A program made the position numbers and the translations under genes. 64,000 nt of DNA, from positions 136,439-200,438 of the forward strand of contig BTVY01000005.1 in NCBI GenBank assembly GCA_045863335.1, written 5' to 3'. The notes beneath the pieces were generated by a model. The model searched no databases and was not told where the DNA came from. It saw only the letters and a program-made list of their open reading frames with translations. Positions within the stretch are counted from its first letter, which is position 1. Every line of letters starts with the position of its first letter. Below are positions 21,256 to 30,484 of this stretch, in pieces. The DNA is from Candidatus Hydrogenedentota bacterium (GTDB lineage Bacteria; Hydrogenedentota; Hydrogenedentia; Hydrogenedentales; SLHB01).

Positions 21256-22416
21256 TCAACGACGCTCCCGCGCGCAACCGACCGCGTTCTCGAAGGCGTC
21301 TGCCGCGGTTGATAGGGAGAATGGCTCCATGGACAGGCGGGCCCTCGCAGACATGGCTTCCCGATCGGTCCCGGGCGCGAAGTGGCGTTCGTACGCGTGG
21401 CACAGGGCATGGGGGTCGCGTGGGGGCACGATGTAACCGTTCACTCCTTCCTGGATCAGGTCCGGGGCGGCGCCGCAAATGCTCGTCGCCACGACGGGGA
21501 GGCCGCAGGCCAGCGCTTCGTTAATCACCAACCCCCAGATTTCGCTGCGCGAGGGCAGCACCAGCAGGTCACCGAAGGCATAGTATCGCGGCATGTCGTC
21601 GCGCGGTGCAAATCCCGCGAAGACAACGCGTCCGGACAGGTCACGTTCGCGAACCCACGCGCGATAGCGGGCTTCGTCGCGACCGCTGCCGACCAGGAGG
21701 AGCGTAACATCGGGATCGATCTGAGAGTAGAGCGCGAACGACTCCAGCAGTTCGTTGACGCCTTTCAAGTCGAGGAGATTTCCGCAGTAGAGGATTACGC
21801 GGGAGGTGCGGATCTCAAGTTGCTCGCGAAAGGCGTCACGATCCGTAGCCGCGATGCGGATTCGTTCGGCAAAGGCTTCCGTATCGACCGCGTTGTACGT
21901 AAGAAAGGTTTGTTCGCCCTTCGCGCCGAGGCTCACGAGATAGTCTTTCGCACGGCTACCGTATGCCAGCCACGCGTCCGCGCGCTGGACGAGTCCGCGC
22001 ACGGCAGGTTTGGTGAACCGGCGCAAGCGGGTGTCCTCCGCTGCGGTGCTGCCGCTCCATAAGACGAAAGGGGTCCTGGTCACCTTGGCGTGGTAGGAGG
22101 CGTAGAACGTGGCCGGCGTATCCCACGCGCAACAGATGATGACGTTGTGCCGATGCCGCGCGAGCGCAACGGGCAACGTGTAATTGAGGAGGATGACGTT
22201 GTAGGCGCTGCCGAGGGGAATCGTGATGTGCGGCAGAACGCGATATCGAAATGCCGCATCGCGTACCTCCGCCGGCCACGCGCGCACAGACCGGATATCG
22301 CCGAGGATCCAGACGTCGAGATCGAAGCGTGTCGCCAGTTCGGCGAACAGGGGGATGCGATAGGGCGACAGGAAGTTGTGCAGCAGGAGTACGCGAGGCT
22401 TAGGGGTGATCGTCAT
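21256..22416 (-). CDS. GT4 family glycosyltransferase
   Basis: LSPYRIPLF, KGVNELL, VLPSRSEIWGLVINEALACGLPVV and GVNGYIV. The true start is ATG 22416; the longer ORF only reads through the repeat. Confidence 0.92.
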   Translation of the reverse strand: MTITPKPRVLLLHNFLSPYRIPLFAELATRFDLDVWILGDIRSVRAWPAEVRDAAFRYRVLPHITIPLGSAYNVILLNYTLPVALARHRHNVIICCAWDTPATFYASYHAKVTRTPFVLWSGSTAAEDTRLRRFTKPAVRGLVQRADAWLAYGSRAKDYLVSLGAKGEQTFLTYNAVDTEAFAERIRIAATDRDAFREQLEIRTSRVILYCGNLLDLKGVNELLESFALYSQIDPDVTLLLVGSGRDEARYRAWVRERDLSGRVVFAGFAPRDDMPRYYAFGDLLVLPSRSEIWGLVINEALACGLPVVATSICGAAPDLIQEGVNGYIVPPRDPHALCHAYERHFAPGTDREAMSARARLSMEPFSLSTAADAFENAVGCARERR

Positions 22417-22480
22417 GGTGGGGAGTAGTATGCCGCGTTGGGCGGGGCGGAAGCTATCGGGGAAGAAAGGCCGGGAAACA

Positions 22481-22672
22481 CGGACCGGCACGGACCGGCA
22501 CGGACCGGCACGGACCGACACGGACCAACACGGACCAACACGGACCAACACGGACCAACACGGACTAACACGGACCAACACGGACCAACACGGACCGGCA
22601 CAGACCGGCACAGACCGGCGCAGATTCTCCCTCTCCGTTTTCCGGGTCCGTGTCTGTCCGTGTCTGTCCGTG
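22481..22672. repeat. Tandem array of 14 x 10-bp units (CGGACCRRCA) followed by about 2.5 inverted units
   Basis: 22481-22620 reads cggaccggca x3, cggaccgaca, cggaccaaca x4, cggactaaca, cggaccaaca x2, cggaccggca, cagaccggca, cagaccggcg. Then gtccgtgtctgtccgtgtctgtccgtg at 22646-22672, whose reverse complement is cggacagaca units. Confidence 0.95.
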
Positions 22673-22743
22673 CGTCTGCACTTGCTTCGTTCTGTCCGGC
22701 GCGGTAGCCTCATGGCTGACCAACTGCGGAGAGAGATTCGATC

Positions 22744-22908
22744 ATGATGGACGCCATCGAACGGGCGCGCGCGGAACGACGCCTGACGGTGAAGCTGTTT
22801 GCCGTCTTGCTGGTCGTCGTTGCGGCGATTTATGGGTTGCTGGTGCGCTCTGCACCGCCGTTACCAACAGCTTCCAACAGTCACACCAACACCGGGGCGC
22901 CGGAATGA
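22744..22908 (+). CDS. Small single-TM protein (54 aa)
   Basis: Below the ORF-track cutoff: MMDAIERARAERRLTVKLFAVLLVVVAAIYGLLVRSAPP...GAPE. GGAGAGAG RBS; ATGA overlap with the next gene. Confidence 0.6.
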   Translation: MMDAIERARAERRLTVKLFAVLLVVVAAIYGLLVRSAPPLPTASNSHTNTGAPE

Positions 22909-24761
22909 TGTACCCCGCTTACGGCATCGCTCAGGCGCTGATCTTGATGCTGGCATTCGCCTGGCCTTTTGACGCGATGCTTTACCTTCCCTTGTTGAAT
23001 GTTCCGTTGCTTCCGCTCGCGGGTGGAATCGTGGTAGTGCTTGCTGTCATCGACGGGGTTCGCCATCGGGAACGGCGACCGCCGTTTGAGTTGATCTGGC
23101 CGGTTGTCTTGTCGGTCCTGCTGATTTGGTTTGCGCCGGTGGTCTCCAACCGGATTCAGTTCACCATAGGGTTTGTCTTGTTTCTCGCGGTCGCTCAATT
23201 CTCGCACGATCCACTTTTCGTGCGAAACTGCCTGCGCGCGACCGGGTTTTCCGGCGCGGTACTCGCGGCGATGGCCGGGTCGAACTTCGTCATCGAACTT
23301 CTTCGGTCCACGTCGGATCAGTTTGTGGACGCGCAGTCTCCCGGTATTCAAACCGCGCCCATGCTGACTTCGCCGGAAGCGTACTGGCAGGGTTTATTCA
23401 CCGTCGCCGTCTGCTTTCTCGCCCTGTGCGAAGGATGGTTGCGGACACCCCGGCTCCGCAGCGTGTTACCGGCGTTGGCCATTGGCGTGTCCGGATTCGC
23501 CGCGTTGAGTTTGCTTTCGGGACTTGCATTGGGGCTTCCCGAAGCGCCAACGCCAGGAATTGCACACGGGGCCTTGATGATTCTCTTGCTATGGCTGGGT
23601 GCCCGGCTGAGCGCAGCGCTCGTCATTTACCGCCGCGAACATGGCGTCCTCACCCGTATTGCGCCGGTTCTGACGGCGCTAGTTCTCGTTGGACTCGCCA
23701 TACTTTTGCCGCACGCGGCTTTTCCGGGCGCGCTTATCCTGTGCGGTTTGCTCGCGGCGAATACCAGGGCCGCATGCGCGCCCGAACAACGAACGTTGCC
23801 TGCTGTACTCTGCGCGTTGCCGGTCGCCGCATTGTTGATCCTCAACGCCGCTCACGTTTACCCAGGCAATCGCGACGACCCGCGGAACTTTGAAGCGTAT
23901 CTCCGCGAGGACGTTCGCGAAGGCCGGCTGGATCGCGCATGGCACCGCGCAGGACGGATCCGGTACTGGCATCCTGACGAACCGCGCGCGTGCCTCTGGA
24001 GCGCGCGCCTTGCGTTGGCCTTTGACCGGCCTTATCAAGCGGCGCACGAATTCGCGAGCGCCGTGGAACTGGGTGAGAGCGTTGACTCGATCCTGCCTCC
24101 GCCAACGGAAGAAGAGATCGACGATTTCCTGGTGCGTCTGCGCGACTACTGTTCCGTCCGTCCCGATCCTGACAGCGAGTACGCCTACGAGAAAGCTCTG
24201 CTGGCGGCGAACGAGGAAGCATCGGCACTGACACTGCTCAAACAAAAGGCGCAGCGTCTGCCTTTGGACGCCGCGCCCGTCGATCGGGAATTGCTCGCGG
24301 CCGTTGCCGGTTTCGCGCTGGAGTATCCCGGCGCTGACCTGGAAGTCAGCGGCCTCGCTGACGCGGAACTTTGGTCGCTCCTGCGCGCGTGGGATGTGGA
24401 GGTGAAGGAAGGCGCGCTGCCAGGGCTTCCACAGCCGGAGGCGGTTGCCATACTGTTTGGAGTCAATTCGATGTTCGCGAGCCTGCACGGTGCTGGAGAT
24501 TCGCATGACGACACGGCGTTCTATTTGACGACGATCGAAGGCTCAAGGGCTGACCCGAGCGAAGCCCCGCCCAATTCGCGATGGATGGTCGAAACCGGCA
24601 CGGGCGACGTGCCGCAAGTGAGGCTTGTCCGCACGGCCGTTGCAGGGGAGACCGCGGCTTTTCACGTCATTGACGAGAGTGAGAACTTCGAGGCTGCCAT
24701 ATCGGAAGACCTCATTCCGTCCTTTCCCGACAAGCCTGCGCTCCTGGTCCTGTTGCCTTGA
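22905..24761 (+). CDS. Polytopic membrane protein with C-terminal soluble TPR-like region (O-antigen ligase/polymerase-like architecture)
   Basis: About 11 TM segments, then a helical periplasmic domain; divergent from GT4/flippase. Family assignment is uncertain. Confidence 0.55.
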   Translation: MMYPAYGIAQALILMLAFAWPFDAMLYLPLLNVPLLPLAGGIVVVLAVIDGVRHRERRPPFELIWPVVLSVLLIWFAPVVSNRIQFTIGFVLFLAVAQFSHDPLFVRNCLRATGFSGAVLAAMAGSNFVIELLRSTSDQFVDAQSPGIQTAPMLTSPEAYWQGLFTVAVCFLALCEGWLRTPRLRSVLPALAIGVSGFAALSLLSGLALGLPEAPTPGIAHGALMILLLWLGARLSAALVIYRREHGVLTRIAPVLTALVLVGLAILLPHAAFPGALILCGLLAANTRAACAPEQRTLPAVLCALPVAALLILNAAHVYPGNRDDPRNFEAYLREDVREGRLDRAWHRAGRIRYWHPDEPRACLWSARLALAFDRPYQAAHEFASAVELGESVDSILPPPTEEEIDDFLVRLRDYCSVRPDPDSEYAYEKALLAANEEASALTLLKQKAQRLPLDAAPVDRELLAAVAGFALEYPGADLEVSGLADAELWSLLRAWDVEVKEGALPGLPQPEAVAILFGVNSMFASLHGAGDSHDDTAFYLTTIEGSRADPSEAPPNSRWMVETGTGDVPQVRLVRTAVAGETAAFHVIDESENFEAAISEDLIPSFPDKPALLVLLP

Positions 24762-24788
24762 GACCGCGGTAGCCCGTGGCACAAGACC

Positions 24789-24874
24789 GTAGCGCCCGGC
24801 TTCCATGCCGGGCGAGATGCAACGCCGCAAATTGTCAGGGAAAACCACGCCCGCCATGGAAGGCGGGACGCTAC
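24789..24874. repeat. GTAG-type REP pair in inverted orientation (REPIN-like)
   Basis: GTAGCGCCCGGCTTCCATGCCGGGCG (24789-24814) and the reverse complement of 24848-24874, GTAGCGTCCCGCCTTCCATGGCGGGCG. Confidence 0.75.
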
Positions 24875-24907
24875 AAACTGCCGCACGCGGGCTCTTGCCG
24901 CGGGTGG

Positions 24908-25084
24908 CTACGGTTCGATATCTCGTACGCAGCGGAAATAATTCAGAATCAGCATCACGTCGCCCTGCGGGCCGCGGCCTACGGGAACCATGGCGAGATC
25001 GCCGACTTTGAGATCGCATCGTTGCGCGCCTGCGCCGTGCACGTCGAGATACTGGTGGTTGCCGGACAAGGGCGGCGGCCTCAT
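24908..25084 (-). pseudogene. C-terminal remnant of a DUF1566 (Lcl-domain) protein
   Basis: 58 aa MRPPPLSGNHQYLDVHGAGAQRCDLKVGD...GRGPQGDVMLILNYFRCVR resembles the DVHGAGAQRSDPK..GPQGD..N.VR.VR tail I recall from DUF1566 proteins. There is an in-frame TGA 3 codons upstream. Confidence 0.5.
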
Positions 25085-25118
25085 GAACCCTCAGCGCGTG
25101 TGATTGCGCGTATCCCTA

Positions 25119-25997
25119 TCATCGAAGATGGTCGAAAAAGAAGTCGAGGAGCCGGTTCCAGCCTTCTCCTTCCCGGGCGATGGCCATTCCGTGGCCGCCG
25201 CCTTTGATGACGAGAAGTTCACAGGACGCGCCCACGGAGGCAGCCGCTTCGGCGAATGACCTTGACTGTTGGAGAATGACGCGGTTGTCCGCGTCGCCAT
25301 GGATGAGCAGCATGGGCGGCGAGTCGTTGCGTACGTATGCGATGGGGGACGCGCGGCGGGCCGCTTCCGCCTTGACTGCGAGTGGGCCTCCCAAGAAGCG
25401 GACCACCACGGGGTCATCCTCGTTGGGGTAACGGTCCGGTGCCAGCGGTACGCACAAGTCCATAGGCCCGCATACGGGAACGGCGGCCTGGACTTCGCTG
25501 GAGTACTCAGCGTATCGGCCGCGGTCGAACCCGTCCGACGCCTGGGTCACCGCGAGCATGGCGCTCAGGTGGCCTCCCGCCGAACCGCCGATAACGCCGA
25601 TCCGGTCAGGGTCCACGTTGTATTCCGCCGCGTGGGCTCGCAGCCAGCGGATCGCGAGTTTGCAGTCTTCGATGGCCGCCGGGAAGGTGGCCTCGTCGGA
25701 CAAGCGGTAGTCGATGGAGAGCGCGACGAACCCGGCCTCCGCAAACCGGCACAGCATGGCAAGCGTGGATTGACCGCCCTTGCCACCCGTGTACCAGCCC
25801 CCGCCGTGGATGTGGACGATGGCGGGCCGCGGTCGTTCATCGTCGGGGTGGTAGAGTATATCGAGACGCTGCGATTCGGATACCACGCCGTAGGGAACGT
25901 TGGCGACGAAGAGGAAACCTTCCGGCGGTAACCCGTCAACCGGCGGAACGGCTGCGTGTACCGCAACACTGAAAAACAGCCCCACGACAAAGCGCAT
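25119..25997 (-). CDS. Alpha/beta hydrolase (BD-FAE/HSL-like esterase)
   Basis: IHGGGW, SIDYRL, GGSAGGHL, IHGDAD and GGGHG; signal peptide from ATG 25997. Confidence 0.92.
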   Translation of the reverse strand: MRFVVGLFFSVAVHAAVPPVDGLPPEGFLFVANVPYGVVSESQRLDILYHPDDERPRPAIVHIHGGGWYTGGKGGQSTLAMLCRFAEAGFVALSIDYRLSDEATFPAAIEDCKLAIRWLRAHAAEYNVDPDRIGVIGGSAGGHLSAMLAVTQASDGFDRGRYAEYSSEVQAAVPVCGPMDLCVPLAPDRYPNEDDPVVVRFLGGPLAVKAEAARRASPIAYVRNDSPPMLLIHGDADNRVILQQSRSFAEAAASVGASCELLVIKGGGHGMAIAREGEGWNRLLDFFFDHLR

Positions 25998-26090
25998 CGG
26001 CAAACCCTCCGGTTTTTGCGTGCAAAGTATACGCCAGAATTCGATTCTGTGATTGTCTAGCCGATTGGCAAAGCGTTTATTCACGCCCAC

Positions 26091-26238
26091 ACCGTCACCC
26101 CCGCGCAGGCGGGGGTCCATCTTTGTTGGCGGTGCGGGTAAGGCGCGGCTGCGGACCGGTTGTCCGTCGCGCTTGGTTAGCCAAAGATGGGTTCCCGCCT
26201 GCCCCCCGCCTCCGCGAGGGTGATAGTGGATGACGGTG
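26091..26238. repeat. Inverted pair of GTCA-type palindromic repeats (dRS3/RPE-like)
   Basis: GTCACCCCCGCGCAGGCGGGGGTCCATCTTTG and a degenerate, internally duplicated inverted copy CAAAGATGGGTTCCCGCCTGC...GCGAGGGTGA...TGACGGT. Confidence 0.7.
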
Positions 26239-26503
26239 TGGGGAGATTACGCAGGTCTCGGCGTTTCGATGGATGCCACGCCATTCGGCTAAACAGTTAA
26301 GATTTTCTGAATCGCGCGTATTGTGCTGCCTGCCGTGGAAAATGTACCGCCCGGGCGGTTTCACATGGCGCGAACTCCGAATTCGTGCTATTTTGGACGC
26401 GCTGTAAAGCCTGGAACCCGGCAGTTCCGTGCGGTGTTTAAGAGGCCGAAACGTTGCAAGGCACCGCGACCCATTGTTCGCGCACAATCCTGGAGCGCTG
26501 CTG

Positions 26504-28042
26504 ATGGCCAAGTTGTTGAAACCAATCGACCCCGAACAATGGAGCGAAAGCCACGCCCGCCATCTCTTGAACCGGGCCGGATTCGGCCTGCCTTCGGAGC
26601 GGGTCGCGCAACTGGCGGGCATGTCCCCGACTTCGGCGGTGGACTTCTTCGTCGATTTCACCGAGCAGCCAAGCGACGCGTCCGCCCCCGGTTTTCTCGT
26701 GACGCCCGAAGCGTTTCACGCCATGCGGGCAAGCCTGCGCGGTGCGGATGAAGAGGCGCGGCGCAAGATTAATCAGGATTTCCAGCGCGATGAACGCCAG
26801 GCCGTGCAGAACCTGAAGGCCTGGTGGCTCGAACGGATGCACAAGACCGAGCGTCCACTCGAAGAAAAACTCACGCTTTTCTGGCACGGCCATTTCGCAA
26901 CCTCCGCCCAGAAGGTCCGGTCCTCCTGGAACACGTATCAACTGAACGAGATATTCCGGCGGCACGCGGCCGGCAATTTCAAGGCGCTCACGATCGCGGT
27001 GGGCCAGTCGCCGTCTATGCTGCACTATCTCGACAACCGGCAAAGCACCAAGAAATCGCCGAACGAAAACTGGGCGCGCGAGTTGATGGAACTGTTCACG
27101 CTCGGGCAGGGGCAGTACTCGGAGGAGGACATTAAGAATTCGGCCCGGGCCTTTACCGGGTGGACCTGTGATTTCGAATCGTTCCGCTATCGCGAAGAGG
27201 TCCATGATTTCGGCGAGAAGACGTTCATGGGCCGCACCGGCGACTTTGATGGTTGGAACGTCATCGACATTATCTTCGAACAACCCGCGGCCGCGACCTT
27301 CATTACGACCAAGCTGTGGCGTTACTTTGCCTACGAGGATCCCGAGCCCGAAGTGATTGAAGGGCTGGCAAAGACGCTGCGCGACCACAACTATGAGTTG
27401 CGGCCCATGCTGCGGCAGATGTTTCTCTCGCGCGCGTTTTATGGGGAGAAAGCAGTGGGGCGCCAGATCAAAAGCCCGGCGCAATTCGTCGTGCAGCTGG
27501 CGTCAGACCTCGAATTCGGGGATCCGCCGTACAACGCTATGGCCGGCGCGACGGCCCGGCTGGGCCAGAACCTCTTCTATCCGCCGAACGTGAAGGGTTG
27601 GGACGGCAATCGCGCGTGGATCAACGCAAACGCGCTGCTGATCCGCTACAACCTTCCGGCGATGATTGTCCGGCAGCGTCCGCAATCCGGTCGCGAAGCC
27701 TACATGGGGCAGGCCGCGTTGGACAGCGCGCCCAAGATGGAGCCGGCCATGCGCGGCGACATGATGCAACAGAACAATGAGTCCGGCGGTCGCCCTGAAC
27801 CGTGGAATCCCCGTCGCTTCTTTGGGTCCCTCGAATTCGAAACTGCCGGAGAATGCGTGGACGACATGGCCCGCCACTTTCTGTGCGTGCCGCTTTCGAA
27901 GGAACAGCGCGACGTGCTCATCGCGTCGCTTGAGGTGCGGGGCGGCGAAGACGGCGTCATGCGCGGACCCAACGTGAAGCCGAAGAATCTGATGGCGTCG
28001 CTCCATCTGTTGTTGAGCACGGCCGAATACCAACTTTGCTAA
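26504..28042 (+). CDS. DUF1800 family protein
   Basis: ARHLLNRAGFG, EKLTLFWHGHFATS, PSMLHYLDN, PNENWARELMELFTLG and PPNVKGW. Confidence 0.93.
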   Translation: MAKLLKPIDPEQWSESHARHLLNRAGFGLPSERVAQLAGMSPTSAVDFFVDFTEQPSDASAPGFLVTPEAFHAMRASLRGADEEARRKINQDFQRDERQAVQNLKAWWLERMHKTERPLEEKLTLFWHGHFATSAQKVRSSWNTYQLNEIFRRHAAGNFKALTIAVGQSPSMLHYLDNRQSTKKSPNENWARELMELFTLGQGQYSEEDIKNSARAFTGWTCDFESFRYREEVHDFGEKTFMGRTGDFDGWNVIDIIFEQPAAATFITTKLWRYFAYEDPEPEVIEGLAKTLRDHNYELRPMLRQMFLSRAFYGEKAVGRQIKSPAQFVVQLASDLEFGDPPYNAMAGATARLGQNLFYPPNVKGWDGNRAWINANALLIRYNLPAMIVRQRPQSGREAYMGQAALDSAPKMEPAMRGDMMQQNNESGGRPEPWNPRRFFGSLEFETAGECVDDMARHFLCVPLSKEQRDVLIASLEVRGGEDGVMRGPNVKPKNLMASLHLLLSTAEYQLC

Positions 28043-28060
28043 ACCCCTGAGGACGATACC

Positions 28061-29278
28061 ATGGTCAACATCGTAACCCGCCGTAGCTTTCTGAAATCCG
28101 CCGCCGTCTTCTCGTCCATCGGGCTGGCCCCCGCGTTTCTGACGCGCGCGGCAGAAGTCGCGGCCCCGGCCATCGAGGGGTTCAAAGACGACCGTATCCT
28201 CGTCGTCGTGCAGTTGGGCGGAGGCAACGACGGTCTCAACACCGTCGTGCCCCAGAGCAACGACACCTACTACCGCATGCGCCCGCAGATCGGACTAAAG
28301 AAGGAAAAGATACTCCGGCTCAACGACGATCTTGCGTTGAACGCGCGGCTTGCCGATCTCATGCACCTTTACGACCAGGGGAATGTCGCGCTGATCCAGG
28401 GTGTGGGCTACCCCAACCCCGATCGATCCCATTTCCGGTCCATGGAGATTTGGCATACGGCGAGCGATTCAGACACCTTCTACGGCACGGGCTGGATCGG
28501 GCGCTATTTCGACAACTGCTGCTCGGGTTCGGCGCGTCCCCAAGCGGGCGTCGCCATCGGAGGGGAGCGGCCCCAAGCGTTTGACGGCGAGAAGGGCTTT
28601 GGCGTCGCCTTTGACGATCCACGGCAGTATGGTTGGGAACCGGGAAAGGGGACCGACACGAAGGAGAATTTCGAACGGTTGAATGGGGGCGACGCGGGGA
28701 GGAATTCCACCCTGGATTTTCTCCGCCACACGACCTCCAACGCGATCATGAGCTCGCAGGAAGTGCATGCCGCGGCGGAACAGGCGGGTTTGAAAGGCGG
28801 CGGGCGTGGTGCGGATCCGTTGCAGACCGTTGCCGCCATGATTCGCGGCGGGCTTGCCACGCGCATCTACTACGTTTCGACCAGCGGGTTTGACACGCAT
28901 GCCAACCAGGTGGCGACCCACGACAATCTGTTGGGCCGTTTCTCCGAGAGTGTCCGGAAATTCCAGGAGACGCTGCAGGCCGACGGCACGGCGGATCGGG
29001 TCACAACCATGGTCTTTTCCGAGTTTGGCCGCCGGGTGAAGCAAAACGCCAGCGGCGGTACGGATCACGGCACGGCGGCGCCCATGTTTCTCATCGGCAA
29101 CCGTGTGAATGCGGGGATTCACGGGAACCTCCCCGATCTCGACGACCTCGATCAAGGTGATCTAAAATACGGGATCGACTTCCGCAGCGTGTATGCAAGC
29201 GTGTTGCGCGACTGGTTCGCCGTCGATCCCGAGCCGATTCTGACGCAGCAGTTTGACTCACTGCCGCTTATTGTCTGA
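28061..29278 (+). CDS. DUF1501 family protein, Tat-exported
   Basis: TRRSFLK Tat signal; LVVVQLGGGNDGLNTVVP, PDRSHFRS, GFDTHANQ, FSEFGRR, GTDHG and DFRSVY. Confidence 0.93.
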   Translation: MVNIVTRRSFLKSAAVFSSIGLAPAFLTRAAEVAAPAIEGFKDDRILVVVQLGGGNDGLNTVVPQSNDTYYRMRPQIGLKKEKILRLNDDLALNARLADLMHLYDQGNVALIQGVGYPNPDRSHFRSMEIWHTASDSDTFYGTGWIGRYFDNCCSGSARPQAGVAIGGERPQAFDGEKGFGVAFDDPRQYGWEPGKGTDTKENFERLNGGDAGRNSTLDFLRHTTSNAIMSSQEVHAAAEQAGLKGGGRGADPLQTVAAMIRGGLATRIYYVSTSGFDTHANQVATHDNLLGRFSESVRKFQETLQADGTADRVTTMVFSEFGRRVKQNASGGTDHGTAAPMFLIGNRVNAGIHGNLPDLDDLDQGDLKYGIDFRSVYASVLRDWFAVDPEPILTQQFDSLPLIV

Positions 29279-29422
29279 GAACACGGCCCTATTGCGCAGT
29301 AGAGCGCGGCCCCCACGCCAGGCGAGACTTTCCGCGAGATCTTCGTTGCCATTCCGCATCCCGGCCAGTAGAATCAGAACGGCCGTGGGACCTTGAGCCG
29401 GAACTGATGCGGAGATGGCAGC

Positions 29423-30355
29423 TTGAAAATTCTCATCGCCGAAGACGATGGTGTGTCGCGCCGAATTCTGGAGACCCACCTGACCAAGTGGGGGCACAAA
29501 GTCACCGCCGTGAAAGACGGCGCCGAGGCGTGGGACGTGTTGCAGCGGTTGGACGCGCCGCGCATCGTGGTTCTGGACTGGGTCATGCCCCATATCGATG
29601 GGCCGGAATTATGCCGGCGCATCCGCGAAGCGAGCGACCGGCCGTTCACTTACATCATTATTCTGACAGCTAAGGAAAAGACTTCTGATATCGTGGAGGC
29701 CCTTGACGCGGGGGCCGACGATTACCTCACCAAGCCCTACCACGCGCAGGAACTGCGCTCGCGCATTGGCGCGGCCACCCGCATCGTCCTGCTCCATGAG
29801 AAACTGGAGGAGGCCAACGCCAAACTCTTCATGATGGCGCGCACGGATGCGCTGACCCGCGTGTACAATCGCGGCGCCATCATGGAACGGCTCGACCAGG
29901 AAGTGGACCGATCCGTTCGCGAGGAGCTGCCGCTCGCGGTCATGATGATAGACGTGGATCACTTCAAAGTGGTGAACGATAACCATGGTCATGTGACCGG
30001 CGACAAGGTATTGGTGGAAGTGGCGCAACGCCTGTGCGCCGAATGCCGGCCTTACGATTCGACGGGCCGCTACGGCGGCGAAGAATTCCTGATCATACTG
30101 CCGGGGCCGCGCTTCGAGGACGTGACGACGATGGCCGACCGGATCCGGCAGCGTATCAAGGGCACGCCGGTAGCCGCGGACGGCAACCGGTTCGCCATCA
30201 CCGTCAGCATCGGCGCACTCTGGGTGGATGCCTCGCAACGTTTACGGTCGCAGGACATTATTGCGGCCTGCGACAAGTTGCTGTATCAGGCCAAGGACAA
30301 CGGTCGCGATTGCGTTGTGGCCGAACAGATGCCCGTCGCGAAGGCCGACGCGTAG
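29423..30355 (+). CDS. Response-regulator diguanylate cyclase (REC-GGDEF)
   Basis: REC domain with phospho-acceptor in LDWVMP; DALT, DVDHFK, I-site RPYD and active site RYGGEEF. Confidence 0.93.
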   Translation: MKILIAEDDGVSRRILETHLTKWGHKVTAVKDGAEAWDVLQRLDAPRIVVLDWVMPHIDGPELCRRIREASDRPFTYIIILTAKEKTSDIVEALDAGADDYLTKPYHAQELRSRIGAATRIVLLHEKLEEANAKLFMMARTDALTRVYNRGAIMERLDQEVDRSVREELPLAVMMIDVDHFKVVNDNHGHVTGDKVLVEVAQRLCAECRPYDSTGRYGGEEFLIILPGPRFEDVTTMADRIRQRIKGTPVAADGNRFAITVSIGALWVDASQRLRSQDIIAACDKLLYQAKDNGRDCVVAEQMPVAKADA

Positions 30356-30484
30356 CCCGCAATCCCGAATTTGGGTTCTTGATCCGTTCCTCCAATTCCT
30401 TGCGTACGCCGGAAAAAAAGAAGTTTGCGTGCGGCCGTCGTGTCTGGTTAGATACGCCACGATTGGGAAGGAGGGGACGCAGTT

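Noticed and set aside
22481-22620. Possible CRISPR array
   Set aside because: The 10-bp units are contiguous with no unique spacers, and there are no cas genes.
22417-22713. N-terminal extension of the GT4 ORF and overlapping repeat ORFs (PCWSVLVRV, TDQHGP)
   Set aside because: These are translations of the tandem repeat; GT4 similarity begins at ATG 22416.
25998-26120. MDPRLRGGD N-terminal extension of the esterase
   Set aside because: It is a translation of the palindromic repeat; the signal peptide starts at 25997.
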